DNA of 64,000 bases from a virus (taxonomy: Duplodnaviria > Caudoviricetes). The notes under the pieces are model-generated. The model ran no database searches. It saw only the letters and a list, made by a program, of their open reading frames with translations, and was not told where the DNA came from. Positions within the stretch are counted from its first letter, which is position 1. Each line of letters starts with the position of its first letter. Of this stretch, positions 9,315-20,900 are shown one piece after another. Where the stretch lies: IMG/VR virus record IMGVR_UViG_3300012665_000990, positions 9,776 to 73,775 of that record. One strand, given 5' to 3'. The position numbers and the translations under genes are program-made.

Positions 9315-9644
9315 ATGAGTACTGTTATATTAACCCCAGAAGCTGCCGAATTTATTAAGGCAAGCTGTGATAAAAATAATTCCCAAGGTATGCGTTTATC
9401 CGTCAAGTCCAGCGGATGCAACGGATTTAAATACTCTTGGGACCTTGCTACAGATAAAGAATCTGAAGACGAGATACTAGATGCAAATGGTGTGTTCTTA
9501 GCTATAGATAGCACAACCGCCAATATGCTACAAAATTCAACGATAGAGCTAGAAAAAGATTTGTTTAGCTCTACTTTAAAAATAAACAATCCGCAAGTGG
9601 GTTATACTTGTGGTTGTGGACAATCATTTTCAATAGGGTCATAA
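9315..9644 (+). CDS. sufA: A-type Fe-S carrier SufA/IscA
   Basis: SGCNG and CGCG cysteine motifs, NPQ; ATG at 9315 follows a TAAATA. Confidence 0.88.
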   Translation: MSTVILTPEAAEFIKASCDKNNSQGMRLSVKSSGCNGFKYSWDLATDKESEDEILDANGVFLAIDSTTANMLQNSTIELEKDLFSSTLKINNPQVGYTCGCGQSFSIGS

Positions 9645-9645
9645 A

Positions 9646-12600
9646 ATGTCAAGACAAGACGTTAATATTGGTTTAACTGGTAACGATGGAACTGGTGATA
9701 GCATCCGTGATGCGTTTAGTAAGGTTAATGAAAACTTTCAAGAGTTATACGCTAGCCAAGGTTTAGAGGGCGGGCTGTCTTTTGATAGTTTATCTAATGT
9801 TACTAAACCATTAGTTCCTAATAGATTCTTAAGTATAGATAGCTTAGGTAAAAATGTAGTAGGTAGAGAAATTTTTGCAGGTGCAGGTATTGCTATTACT
9901 GTACAAGATGATAAAGTTGTTATCAGTACAGGTTCAGTTGATATTGTTCGTGACCCTAATCCAACACTATCAAATCATTTAGACGCCGCAACAAATAGAA
10001 TTCAACGATTAGGCGATCCATTATCTGATCAAGATGCTGTTACTAGAAAGTGGATTTATCAAAACTTTTTAAATAGAGATTCTCAAGAAATTCTTGGTGC
10101 CACTGCCACAACGACTGGCAGTGTAATGCGTCAAAACTTTAGAATTACACCTACTCCAGATAATGGTAATACTAATTTAGGCTTAACACAATTTATTAAT
10201 TTAAAGGCCGCTGATGGTATTACTAACAAAACTTCAGTATTATTAAATCAACAAGGTACACTAAGTTCACATGCTGTACGTAAAGACTATGCTGATAGTA
10301 AGATAAGTTTACACGGCACTGATGCAATTGATCCAGCAACTGGACTACGTGATCAAGGCTTTGGTACAATGACTGGACCATTAATTTTAAATGATCACCC
10401 AGGTGATTATGCAACATTAACTAAAAAGCCATCTGGTGAATTATTTGTACGTGAAGATTACAGAGCCGCCACCAAAGGATATGTTGACAGTAAAAGTTAT
10501 GATAGTACTACCAACTTGTATGTTACCACAAATGGTAACGATGATCTATGGGATTTTGAAAATAACAGACCAAACCCAATATATGGTTATACTGTAAAAG
10601 AAATTGGCCGTAAATGGAGTACTGCATTTAAAACCGTTCGTGCGGCTTGTGCTTACGCCAAGTTGTACATGGATCAAATTACTTTAAGTGATACAGGATT
10701 TTCTGTTGCTCCTGGTAATATTACAAGGTATAATCCAACGTTTGCTCCTGCTGGTCCAAGAACTCGTGTACGTGTCAGTTTGCAAAATCACGGATTTAGA
10801 GATGGCGACTATGTTTTTGTAACCGGAGCAATTGTTGTTGGCAATAATGATACTAGAGCATTAAACGGAACACACCGTGTTAATCAAGTTGACGTTAATA
10901 CTTTTGAATTAGATTTAAAATCTACAATTTTGTGGGCCACACCTGTAACTGCTAATAATAGTACTGACCCAATCATTATCAAATTAGCCAATGCCAAAGA
11001 TGGTCCTTATAGTTTAAGTAGTAGCGTTGCCCTTGGTCAAAGAGGATATGCTGTACCCAAGTACGAAATTACTATTATGATTGAGACTGGTGTATATGAA
11101 GAATATATGCCTATTATTGTTCCTCCAAACGTTGCATTACGTGGAGATGAATTTAGACGTACCATTATTAAACCAGCGCCTGGACCAGTAGTTAAAGACA
11201 CAGCTGATGCACTTGCTAGAAAAATTCCTGGTACACCTACTGAAGATATTAAATTTGTTCGTGGTGATCAGAGTTTTGCATCACCATACTGGTATAACAC
11301 TCACTATTATAAACACCTAGCATTGGCTAACGGACAGCAAAGTATTGGTAGTACAACATTAACTATCTTTAACAGTGCATATCCTCCTAAATCAGGAACA
11401 CGATTTATTGTTAATAATATTCAATATCGTGTTGGTGACGAAAGCACCATTAGCTATATTGATCCAATAACAAATATTGGAACAGCACAAGGCACATACA
11501 CTATGGCCATCGTTGACGAAAACGGTGACCCAAAGCCTTTACAAAATACTATTTTACAAGATACCACAATTACATTCTATTTAGATAATGAACATTGTGA
11601 TATGTTATTAGTTGACGATGCTTTTCAATTACGTAATTTAAGTTTCTATGGACATAAAGGTTTTATAATGGCCTTTAATCCAGCTGGCCAAATTTTAACA
11701 CGTTCACCATATGCACAAGTTTGCGGTTCTTTCTCAAACAAAGGTGGAGGTGGTCAATTAATTGACGGTATGGCTGGTAACCAAGTTTGCCAAGTTGATG
11801 ACACTACCTATACTGACCCAAATACAGGTAACTCTGGTTCAAGAGGTACTAGAATGTATGTTAAAGGTCTAATTAGACCAGTACAATTACCAAATACATT
11901 CTATTTTAATAAAAAACGCTACGTTATTAAAGAAGCTACCATTCCAGATGCTCAAGGTAAAGCTATGCTAACATTGGAGGATACTACTCCAATTGAAGAA
12001 GACGACACATATTTGACTGCTGGTTTCTTACCAAATGGTACGCAGATTATGATACAAACTGCTGGTAACCGTTCAATGTTGTCAAATGACTTTACCATGA
12101 TCAATAACTTGGGTTATGGTATCTATGCAGATAACAATGGTGTTACAGAAGCGGTATCGCAGTTCACATACTATTGTAAAATTAGCTATCTTGCTAGAGC
12201 TGGTGGTCAAGTTCGTTCAGTAACAGGTTCAAGTTGCTATGGACAATATGGTTTACAATCTGAAGGTAGTGATCCAAACGAAGCAACTCAAATTGTAAGA
12301 TTCAACACCGACGTTGTCAATCTAATGACTCCACAGATTGACGATCCTGAAGTAGATGGTTTGGTAGGAGCCATTAGTTTTGTTGCTGGAGGATTTAATA
12401 GTGCTCCAACAAGAAATTCAACATTCTTATTGAATAAAGCTCGAGTAGTTATTAGTCAAATTAATCGTGCTCGTTTGGGCGGTGGTACATTAACTACAGG
12501 CCCATTAACTGTTATAACAGCTCATCCGCATCCATTCAAAACTGGTGAGGAAATTCAACTTAGTAATATTAAACCAGATCGAGGTTTACAATTAAATCCA

Positions 12601-15600
12601 ATACCGCCAAGTGTAATTCCAAGAAATACTAATTTAGATGGAACAACACACACTGTTACAGTGGTTGACCAAAGAACATTTACACTAGATAACACAGAAA
12701 GTACAAACTATTATAGTGATTTGATAGCTTATACTGCCACCGAGTCACAACCATATGCTATACAAAATCTTGTTCCTGGTGCATTAGAACTTGTTTATTC
12801 AGTTAAGGGTGATCCAAGTCCAGTTAACTTTACAGCATCAGCACGTTTTGACGGAGTAGTTGGTGAAAATTCAACATCAACATCAACATTAAAATTATTT
12901 TCCGCAACAAGACCTGCTCAGGTTGGAATGAAATTTAGACTTGATGCCACTAACCCTGCGGTTAATGACAGCAGTCAAGTTTATAAAGTATTAACTGTAT
13001 CTAAGAAAGTTGTAACATTTAAAGCAGTTCCGCCAACAGCAAGTGATAACAAAATTGGCGCAACAATACTTTACGTTAGAAACGTTACGTTTGCTGGAAC
13101 AGCAGTGAACAGTCAAGGTAGTGCATTTGCACCCAAGGCTGGTTGGAGTTTCCAACTTAGAGATTCCAATATTGCCAACAGTGATTTTACAAGATATACT
13201 GTTACTGGAACTCCTACATATGACAGTGGCTCTGCAACATGGGCACTTATGCTGGATCAAGCATTGACAGTCAACATGGTTGACCAGGTTGCTACTGGAA
13301 GAGTCACAACTGTTGACGGTATCTGGGACGTGACCTTAGATAGAAATCTTGGAACTACCATTACAAATAGTGCAACACCAGTACAGTTTGTATTCTATGA
13401 TGCTTACTGGACAATAGGTATTGACCCTTCATTAAGCGTAGCGATTCCTCAAGAACAACAATTAATGTTGTTCCAACAGCGTTCTGTTAGAGTACACCAA
13501 GTACTTAACAACCCAACTATTATTAATAGTTCTGCATTAAAATTTGGTGCTACAAACTTTGATTCAACTGTTTATAGAATTATTGCTAAGACAGCAGAAG
13601 GTGGTTTAAGTAAGGACGTTTATAAACTAGCGGCCACTGCACAACCATTACTTGGAAATAACTTAAATGCTGTTTCAATTTTAAATCAAAACAAGTCATT
13701 TATTCAATCTGAAGTAATTGCATATCTGGCTACAATATATCCAGATTTTGTATACACACAATCTACATGTTATCGTGACGTTGGGTTAATTATCGATGCT
13801 GTTGCATATGACATGACCTATGGTGGTAATATTAGAAGTATTGCCGCAGGTAAATCTTATTACCAAGCAAATAATGCCAGTGTTGTAATTGTTATTGCAG
13901 AACAAAAACCTGAAACAGTTGATGCAATTAACTATGCAACAACAGTGGCCAAACTTGCACTGGCAAAGACCTCATTAAGTTACTCGGGAATTAATCCCAA
14001 TGCCGCATTACAATTAACTAACAACAAAGCATTTATCATAGCTGAAGTTATTGCTTGGTTATCATTTACATATCCGTCATTTGTTTATGACAGAGCAATA
14101 TATCGTAGAGACATTGAAGTGGTCATTGATGCAATGATTTATGATTTAAAATATAATGGCAATGTTAAAACATTACAGGCAGCACAGGCATATTACGATG
14201 AAAATGGCGCACTTATATTATCAACTCAAAAGCCACAAATTCGTGCTTCTGTAGTAAGAGCAAAAAATGTAGCCAAAGATATCATTGCTAAAAACACAGT
14301 ATCTAAAACTACTACAGGATCTGATCCTAATATATTAACGCAAACATTAACTGGCAGTGCTGGTGAAGTAGGAACCACTGACACTGTTGAAACATTAATG
14401 GGCGTGATTGACAGTATTTTAAATAGTGGCTTAGGCGTTTCTCCAGCTAGAAATTTAGGCGATCCACGTTTATATCAAAATCCAGCAAATCCAGGTTATG
14501 TGGCACAAACTATTCCAGGTGATATTACTTCTGAAGTAGGGACTCCTGCTCTATTAGAAAATAGAATGAATATTATTACCAATATTGTGCAAAATGGCCT
14601 AACCGCAGTGCCACAGGCGCAAGCAACTGGTGAGACAATTCAAACATTGGTATTCCCACCAGATGCTAATATGTTGATTTACGGAGGTGTATTAACTGGA
14701 CCAAACATTCCACCTAATACAATTATTCGTGCTAGTCAGCAGGATAGTGTAACTGGAAATTACATTGCCAAAATTAGCAACACAATTTCTGGAACAATTT
14801 CAGCAGATACAGAATTAACAATTACTGGACCTGGTTTTGACTTCATATTTGACTTGAACACTGACTTTGATGTTAGACATTTGAATGGTGATAGAGCGTA
14901 TGTAACAACAACATTCTCAACTGTACGTGCTACGGGACATGACTTCTTAGAAGTTGGTACTGGTGGATTTGATGATTCCAACTATCCACACAATGTATAC
15001 GGGCAATCAGTGAATAGTCCTAGTGAAGGACGCATTGTACGTGAAATTGGTACGGGTCGTGTTTTCCACGTAAGTACTGATCAAAACGGTAACTTCCGTG
15101 TTGGTAGTTATTTTAACGTTAACCAGGGTGACGGTACAGTTAGTATTACTGCTAAAATTGGTTTAACTGCTGTTAGTGCTATTAGCTTTGCTAGTGGTGG
15201 TGCTTTAGTTACACAGTTTGGCACGGACCCAAAGATGGGCGACAATGCTGACTATATTGTACCAACACAAAAAGCAATTGTTAGCTATATTACTGCACAA
15301 ATTAGAGGTCGATTTGAAGACGGAGTAGCAACAACTAAAGGTGGTTTATTGACCTTAGATGGCGAAAGCTCAATGGCTGGTCCAATCAAAGTAAACTACA
15401 ATGAAGTAGAAGGTGTAATTAACAGTACTGATACAACAGGTTTTGGTGCAGTTAACAGAAAATATGTTGACAACGTGTTTGCAGGCGGTACTATTGACTA
15501 TGATGGTCAATACGCAATTGCTTTGACAGGTGTTAGAACTAATGTATTAGGCTTCACAATGAGGCAGGATAGAACTAGTTTAGGTGGAGTGTTACAAAAC

Positions 15601-17886
15601 TTTGGTCTAATTAATCTTAACGGAAATAAAATTACCAACGTTAGAACACCAACAGCAACATTAGATGCGGCAAATAAGATTTATGTAGATCAAACTATCG
15701 CTAATGGTGGGGTAAGAACTAACTGGGACGGATTTGCATTACGTACCGCAGGAACTTATGGACAAGTTAGTAGTTCATTTACTGTACTAAATTCTGGAAC
15801 AGGTTACACCACTGCTCCAGTAGTAACATTTGTAAGCTCAAGTGGTACAGGAGCGCAAGCTAGTGCCACAGTAGTTGGCAATAGTGTAGTTGGTATTACA
15901 CTTGACTTCCCAGGATCTGGATACACTTCAGCACCAACAATTATTATTGGCGGGGCTATTGCCACAGTGAACGTTATTAGTCAAGGTTCTGGATATGGTA
16001 GCGCACCGTTGATTGACTTCCCTGAGCCACAAACAAGTGGTGGTGTAAAAGCAACTGCTGTTACCAACATCAACGCTAGTGGTCAAATCACAAGTGTAAC
16101 TGTACTCAATGGTGGTAGTGGATATACAATTGCTCCTATCCCATTCTTAGTCGTTAATACTGGAGGTGCTGTATTTTCATCCACACTAAGTCCAGGAACA
16201 GGTGCAACTGCATCATGTACGTTAGTTACAACATTATCAAATATTAATTTAAGTGGTAACAAGGTAACTGGCAGTGCTGATCCAACCCAAGCAACTGATT
16301 TAGTTACATGGCAATATTTTGATAATAACCACTGGATTAAAGATAATAAAGATATCACTATAACAGGCACACCAGGTGATGGCGACTTGTTAATGTTTAC
16401 TGGATATGTTCCATCAAATGTGGATACTGACAAACGCAGAAGTATGGTCAACGTTCGTCTAACACCAAATAGTGATATCACTTTTGCTAGAACTGATAAT
16501 CAATTATTGGCCAAAGTTAAAGACAATATTCTAACCAATGCACAAATTAATGCTAGTGCTGGAATTGATCAAAGTAAGTTAAACTTAAAAACTGCTACTG
16601 TATTTCCACCTATTAATAATCCAGGGCAAGCTGTCCCATTATCAAGTGATTTGGGTATTAGTACATATGACACTGATCAATTTGTTGTTGATAGTGGCTT
16701 GGTAAAATTAAGACAGGCAACAAGTAATACTACAGGTGTTACTCTTAACAGAATTTCTCATGTAACTAATTTTAAAATATTAGGTAGAAATGATACAAGT
16801 TCTGGTGCACCTGTATACGGCCCAGTTGTTGAGTTAAGCACAGCAGATTTGCGTTCATTATTGAATTTCCAAGAAGCTGTACAAAATTTAATTAGTGATG
16901 ATAGTTTAGATACTCCATTAGTCAACAGAGCAAACCAAGCACCAAGTTACGGTGCTGTACTAAAAACTGGTAGTTCAATGCGTGGGCCATTGACACTTGA
17001 TGTTGCTAACCAAGATATTAATCAAGGGCTGAACCCAATGATTAGGGTTGCAACTGATAATGTGTATGAAGTAGGTACTGCTGCCAAGAGATTTAAAAAT
17101 ATCTACTCAGCAATGTTTACTGGTACATTAACAGGTAATGTAACTGGTAAAGCAGATACTGCTGGCACAGCTGATAGAGTTGCCAATAATTTAAGTGCTG
17201 GTTCTTGGATTAGCATGGTACAAGGTTCAACTGCCAGTCCTTACAACGGATCAGCAGGCATAACAATTTCTGTATCTGGCGTTAGTACAAGTAGTACTGG
17301 TAATTCGATAGCACAACGTGATGCAAGTGGTTTTATAACTGCCGCAAAATTTATTGGTCCATTAAATGGAACTGCTGATAATGCAACTACTTTGGCCACA
17401 TATTCACCGGCTATCAATTCTGCTGGTACGGGTACTGCCAACAGTATTGCACAACGAGATGGTAACGGTTATTTAAATGCCGCAAGATTCCAAGGTACTG
17501 CTACAAGTGCATTTTACGCAGACTTGGCTGAACGTTATCAAGCTGATACACAATACGAACCAGGAACTGTGTTAGAATTTGGTGGGGAATTTGAAGTTAC
17601 TGTAGCCGAAGATGAAACACGAAGAATTGCAGGTGTTGTTTCTACTAATCCTGCTTTTGAAATGAATACAGTGCTAGAAGGTGAAAATGTAGTAGCAGTA
17701 GCATTAATGGGCCGTGTTCCATGTAAAGTTCGTGGAGTAATTAGAAAAGGGGATATGTTAGTGAGTGGTGGTGGCGGTTATGCTCGTCCTACAACAGATC
17801 CAAAACTTGGTACAATCATTGGTAAAGCCCTAGAAAACTTTGACGGTGGTGAAGGTATTATCGAAGTTGTCGTGGGAAGACTGTAA
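9646..17886 (+). CDS. Giant virion structural protein (2746 aa; fibre/baseplate-type)
   Basis: N-terminal GxxGNDGTGDxxRxAFxKVNxNF baseplate-attachment motif; G-S/T-G-Y-x-x-A-P repeats; C-terminal ADLAERY..EPGTV..GIIEV domain. Confidence 0.75.
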   Translation: MSRQDVNIGLTGNDGTGDSIRDAFSKVNENFQELYASQGLEGGLSFDSLSNVTKPLVPNRFLSIDSLGKNVVGREIFAGAGIAITVQDDKVVISTGSVDIVRDPNPTLSNHLDAATNRIQRLGDPLSDQDAVTRKWIYQNFLNRDSQEILGATATTTGSVMRQNFRITPTPDNGNTNLGLTQFINLKAADGITNKTSVLLNQQGTLSSHAVRKDYADSKISLHGTDAIDPATGLRDQGFGTMTGPLILNDHPGDYATLTKKPSGELFVREDYRAATKGYVDSKSYDSTTNLYVTTNGNDDLWDFENNRPNPIYGYTVKEIGRKWSTAFKTVRAACAYAKLYMDQITLSDTGFSVAPGNITRYNPTFAPAGPRTRVRVSLQNHGFRDGDYVFVTGAIVVGNNDTRALNGTHRVNQVDVNTFELDLKSTILWATPVTANNSTDPIIIKLANAKDGPYSLSSSVALGQRGYAVPKYEITIMIETGVYEEYMPIIVPPNVALRGDEFRRTIIKPAPGPVVKDTADALARKIPGTPTEDIKFVRGDQSFASPYWYNTHYYKHLALANGQQSIGSTTLTIFNSAYPPKSGTRFIVNNIQYRVGDESTISYIDPITNIGTAQGTYTMAIVDENGDPKPLQNTILQDTTITFYLDNEHCDMLLVDDAFQLRNLSFYGHKGFIMAFNPAGQILTRSPYAQVCGSFSNKGGGGQLIDGMAGNQVCQVDDTTYTDPNTGNSGSRGTRMYVKGLIRPVQLPNTFYFNKKRYVIKEATIPDAQGKAMLTLEDTTPIEEDDTYLTAGFLPNGTQIMIQTAGNRSMLSNDFTMINNLGYGIYADNNGVTEAVSQFTYYCKISYLARAGGQVRSVTGSSCYGQYGLQSEGSDPNEATQIVRFNTDVVNLMTPQIDDPEVDGLVGAISFVAGGFNSAPTRNSTFLLNKARVVISQINRARLGGGTLTTGPLTVITAHPHPFKTGEEIQLSNIKPDRGLQLNPIPPSVIPRNTNLDGTTHTVTVVDQRTFTLDNTESTNYYSDLIAYTATESQPYAIQNLVPGALELVYSVKGDPSPVNFTASARFDGVVGENSTSTSTLKLFSATRPAQVGMKFRLDATNPAVNDSSQVYKVLTVSKKVVTFKAVPPTASDNKIGATILYVRNVTFAGTAVNSQGSAFAPKAGWSFQLRDSNIANSDFTRYTVTGTPTYDSGSATWALMLDQALTVNMVDQVATGRVTTVDGIWDVTLDRNLGTTITNSATPVQFVFYDAYWTIGIDPSLSVAIPQEQQLMLFQQRSVRVHQVLNNPTIINSSALKFGATNFDSTVYRIIAKTAEGGLSKDVYKLAATAQPLLGNNLNAVSILNQNKSFIQSEVIAYLATIYPDFVYTQSTCYRDVGLIIDAVAYDMTYGGNIRSIAAGKSYYQANNASVVIVIAEQKPETVDAINYATTVAKLALAKTSLSYSGINPNAALQLTNNKAFIIAEVIAWLSFTYPSFVYDRAIYRRDIEVVIDAMIYDLKYNGNVKTLQAAQAYYDENGALILSTQKPQIRASVVRAKNVAKDIIAKNTVSKTTTGSDPNILTQTLTGSAGEVGTTDTVETLMGVIDSILNSGLGVSPARNLGDPRLYQNPANPGYVAQTIPGDITSEVGTPALLENRMNIITNIVQNGLTAVPQAQATGETIQTLVFPPDANMLIYGGVLTGPNIPPNTIIRASQQDSVTGNYIAKISNTISGTISADTELTITGPGFDFIFDLNTDFDVRHLNGDRAYVTTTFSTVRATGHDFLEVGTGGFDDSNYPHNVYGQSVNSPSEGRIVREIGTGRVFHVSTDQNGNFRVGSYFNVNQGDGTVSITAKIGLTAVSAISFASGGALVTQFGTDPKMGDNADYIVPTQKAIVSYITAQIRGRFEDGVATTKGGLLTLDGESSMAGPIKVNYNEVEGVINSTDTTGFGAVNRKYVDNVFAGGTIDYDGQYAIALTGVRTNVLGFTMRQDRTSLGGVLQNFGLINLNGNKITNVRTPTATLDAANKIYVDQTIANGGVRTNWDGFALRTAGTYGQVSSSFTVLNSGTGYTTAPVVTFVSSSGTGAQASATVVGNSVVGITLDFPGSGYTSAPTIIIGGAIATVNVISQGSGYGSAPLIDFPEPQTSGGVKATAVTNINASGQITSVTVLNGGSGYTIAPIPFLVVNTGGAVFSSTLSPGTGATASCTLVTTLSNINLSGNKVTGSADPTQATDLVTWQYFDNNHWIKDNKDITITGTPGDGDLLMFTGYVPSNVDTDKRRSMVNVRLTPNSDITFARTDNQLLAKVKDNILTNAQINASAGIDQSKLNLKTATVFPPINNPGQAVPLSSDLGISTYDTDQFVVDSGLVKLRQATSNTTGVTLNRISHVTNFKILGRNDTSSGAPVYGPVVELSTADLRSLLNFQEAVQNLISDDSLDTPLVNRANQAPSYGAVLKTGSSMRGPLTLDVANQDINQGLNPMIRVATDNVYEVGTAAKRFKNIYSAMFTGTLTGNVTGKADTAGTADRVANNLSAGSWISMVQGSTASPYNGSAGITISVSGVSTSSTGNSIAQRDASGFITAAKFIGPLNGTADNATTLATYSPAINSAGTGTANSIAQRDGNGYLNAARFQGTATSAFYADLAERYQADTQYEPGTVLEFGGEFEVTVAEDETRRIAGVVSTNPAFEMNTVLEGENVVAVALMGRVPCKVRGVIRKGDMLVSGGGGYARPTTDPKLGTIIGKALENFDGGEGIIEVVVGRL

Positions 17887-17954
17887 TATATACAGTTTTT
17901 CCCAAAATCACTATAAGCGTTCTGGAAATAAATATATGAACGGGGCAGAATTTT

Positions 17955-20900
17955 ATGACTATTCAATATATTAATGTAGGTACTAATGCTAATGATGGGA
18001 CAGGAGAAGACCTAAGATCAGCTTTCTTTAAGGTCAATTCCAACTTTCAATACCTAGCAGGACTAGGTGGAGAAACAAACGCTGGACAGAACATTGGTTC
18101 TGGCAGTGGTATATACGCAACTAAAAGTGGTACATTATTACAATTTAAAAGTTTAGTCGCTGGTGCAGGAGTATCAATAACTCCAGACACTAGCGTTATT
18201 ACTATTTCCAGTACTGCGGCCCAACCAAATACAATTTCAAGAATAGTTGGTAATAGCGGTAGTTGGGACATTACACAGCCTAATTCAACATTACAGATTT
18301 TAGGTACCCCCGGTTCAAAAGCAACTACATCAGTTAGTGGTAATCAAGTATACATCACTAGTAATTTTTCCATAGTTGAAGATGCAATACCAACCTTAGG
18401 TGCTAATTTAGACTTGAACGAGTTTGATATTGGCAATATTGGTACAGATAGCGATGAACCTACAGTAGGAAATATTAATATTGCTGGCTATATTCTAGCC
18501 AACACGTTAACAATTGGGCGTCCTCTTCCTGGACAACCAAATCCTGGAACAGTAACATTAAATGCTAGTTTAACTGTTGGTGGTGCTACGCAATTATCAT
18601 CATTAGATGCTACAAGTATAAATGTGTCAGGCGGTACTTTAACTGCTAGCACCATTACTGCAACTTCAATTAACGCTGCCACAATTGGTAACGTAATAGG
18701 ATCTAGTAATATATATGGAACATTGGTTGGTAATATAAACAGTTTGTACGACGATGCTATTGAAGTACTGAATACTGATGGCCCAAATGCTACTTTTACA
18801 GGCAATGTAATTGGGTCAATATCAGGTAACATAACAGGCTCACTTGTTTCTCCTGGCTTAAACTTAAACAACAGTACAATTTCTGGTATTGGTAATATTA
18901 CCATTACTGGTAATTCTTCTTCGCCAATTGTTCCGTTTACTGTAGTTTCAAATTATAGATCTCCACCTGCTGATCCAACTTTACCACGTGCGCTTGAAGA
19001 TGGTCCACTTTCTGCTGTATTTGCAGTACAACAACAAGATACTTTTGGATTTAACGAAGCAATTAGATTGAGATCATATCAAACAAATGGCACCCAAGGA
19101 AAATTTCTTGGCGCAGGTGTAATGTTTGAATCAATCAATACTATAAACAATAATACAATACCAGATTTAGATCCTGAATATATCTTTCACGGGTTTGTGT
19201 CAATGCAAACATATACAGACCCAGACTGGAGTGATTTTGTGGTACGAACAAGAACCAATGTACCACTTCAGGAATTTGATGTATTGGTCGCTTCAGGTGA
19301 TGGAAGAATACATGCCTCAGGTATTACTATTAATGCAAATATTATTTCTAATAGGCTGTTAAACTATTCTAATTTCTTTACTAGTAATAACCCAGTTGAG
19401 TTAGACTTAATTTTAACTAATTATGCTTCTGGGAAATATGTTAATTTTTATGATGCTTATAAATTCCCAAAAACTATTGGAAGTCCTGGACAGGTATTAA
19501 CAGTCCCAGCTCCTGGATCAAATTTATTAACATGGACAACACCATCGGGTGGCGGAGGAGGTGGTGGTGGAGCAACATATTTTGTAAACCTATTAGACGT
19601 TCCGCAAACATATTTGCCAAGTGATGCTGAAAAACTTGTTAGAGTAAACTCAACTTATGACGGTTTAGAATTTGCAAGTAACATTACTGCTACAGTTACG
19701 GGATCGTTAGTTGGTAATGCTAGCACCGCAACTATATTGGAAACTTCTAGAACTATTAACGGTGTGAGTTTTAATGGTAGTGCAAACATTACCTTTGGAA
19801 CAGATTCAGTTAGTGAAGGCACAACTAATCAATATTATACAGATACTAGATCAAGAAATTCTGTTAGTGTTACTCCAAGTAAAGCATTAACATACACTGC
19901 AATCACTGGTGTGTTTGATCTAGCAGAAAGCACTGCTTCAACAGGCGACACATTAGTTAAACGTGATGCAAGTGGAAAGATTCATGCCCTTACAGTATAT
20001 ACTGACACACTATCTGTTGATGCCGCATTATCAATAACTGTTGCAAATAACTTAACAGGTAGTTTTGATGTTAATACTAGTGGCGTAGTTAGTGCTACTA
20101 ATTTTGTAACAACGGGAACGGGTGATCCAACAATTGAGAGTGCTGGAAAAATTATTTTAGATCCAGCAACATATATTGATGTAAGTGGCTCTAAAATTAG
20201 TAATCTAGCCACACCAACTGCCAACACTGACGCATCCACTAAGGCATACGTAGATACTGCTATTAGCACAGTGGACACAGCCGCAGTTAAAAGTAACATT
20301 TACACTGCTGACAGTGGTGGCCCAATTACAGTCACAAAAGGTTCTACACTAACAGTTGAAGGTGGCACAAATATTACTACTAGTGCAAGTAGTAATAAAA
20401 TTACTGTTAATTTAGATTCAACATTGAGCAATATTAGCATTAGTGGTAATTTGCCAGCAACAGGAAACATTACCAGTAGTGCTGGTTATTTAAAAGCTGG
20501 TAATATTAAAATTGATGGCGATGCTGTAACACAAACACAAACAAGTACTGATTTAAATCTTGTTCCAGGTCTTGGCGGTGCTGTTGCAATTGCAAGTTAT
20601 TTTAATCTGGTTGGAACAACAATGGCTGTTACTGGGTATGACACGCTAGTTATTCCAGCTGACAGTACACCAGTACAAGTTGATTTAACAACAAACTTAA
20701 CTTTTGTACGAACTTTAGATTGGACCGGCGGAGTTGGTGGTTTAGCTAATGCACAAATTGGCGCTGGACGAGAAGGACAAATTAAAACAATTATTTTAGA
20801 AACACGTGGTGTTTATGGAGATGCTTTAGATACAAGACCAAGATATCTCGTGTTAAGTGGTAACATTAACGGTGCCAGTCGAGTCGTCAACATTGGAACA

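Noticed and set aside
19549-19572. Poly-Gly run as a slippage or contingency locus
   Set aside because: Encoded by mixed GGC/GGA/GGT codons, consistent with an ordinary hinge.
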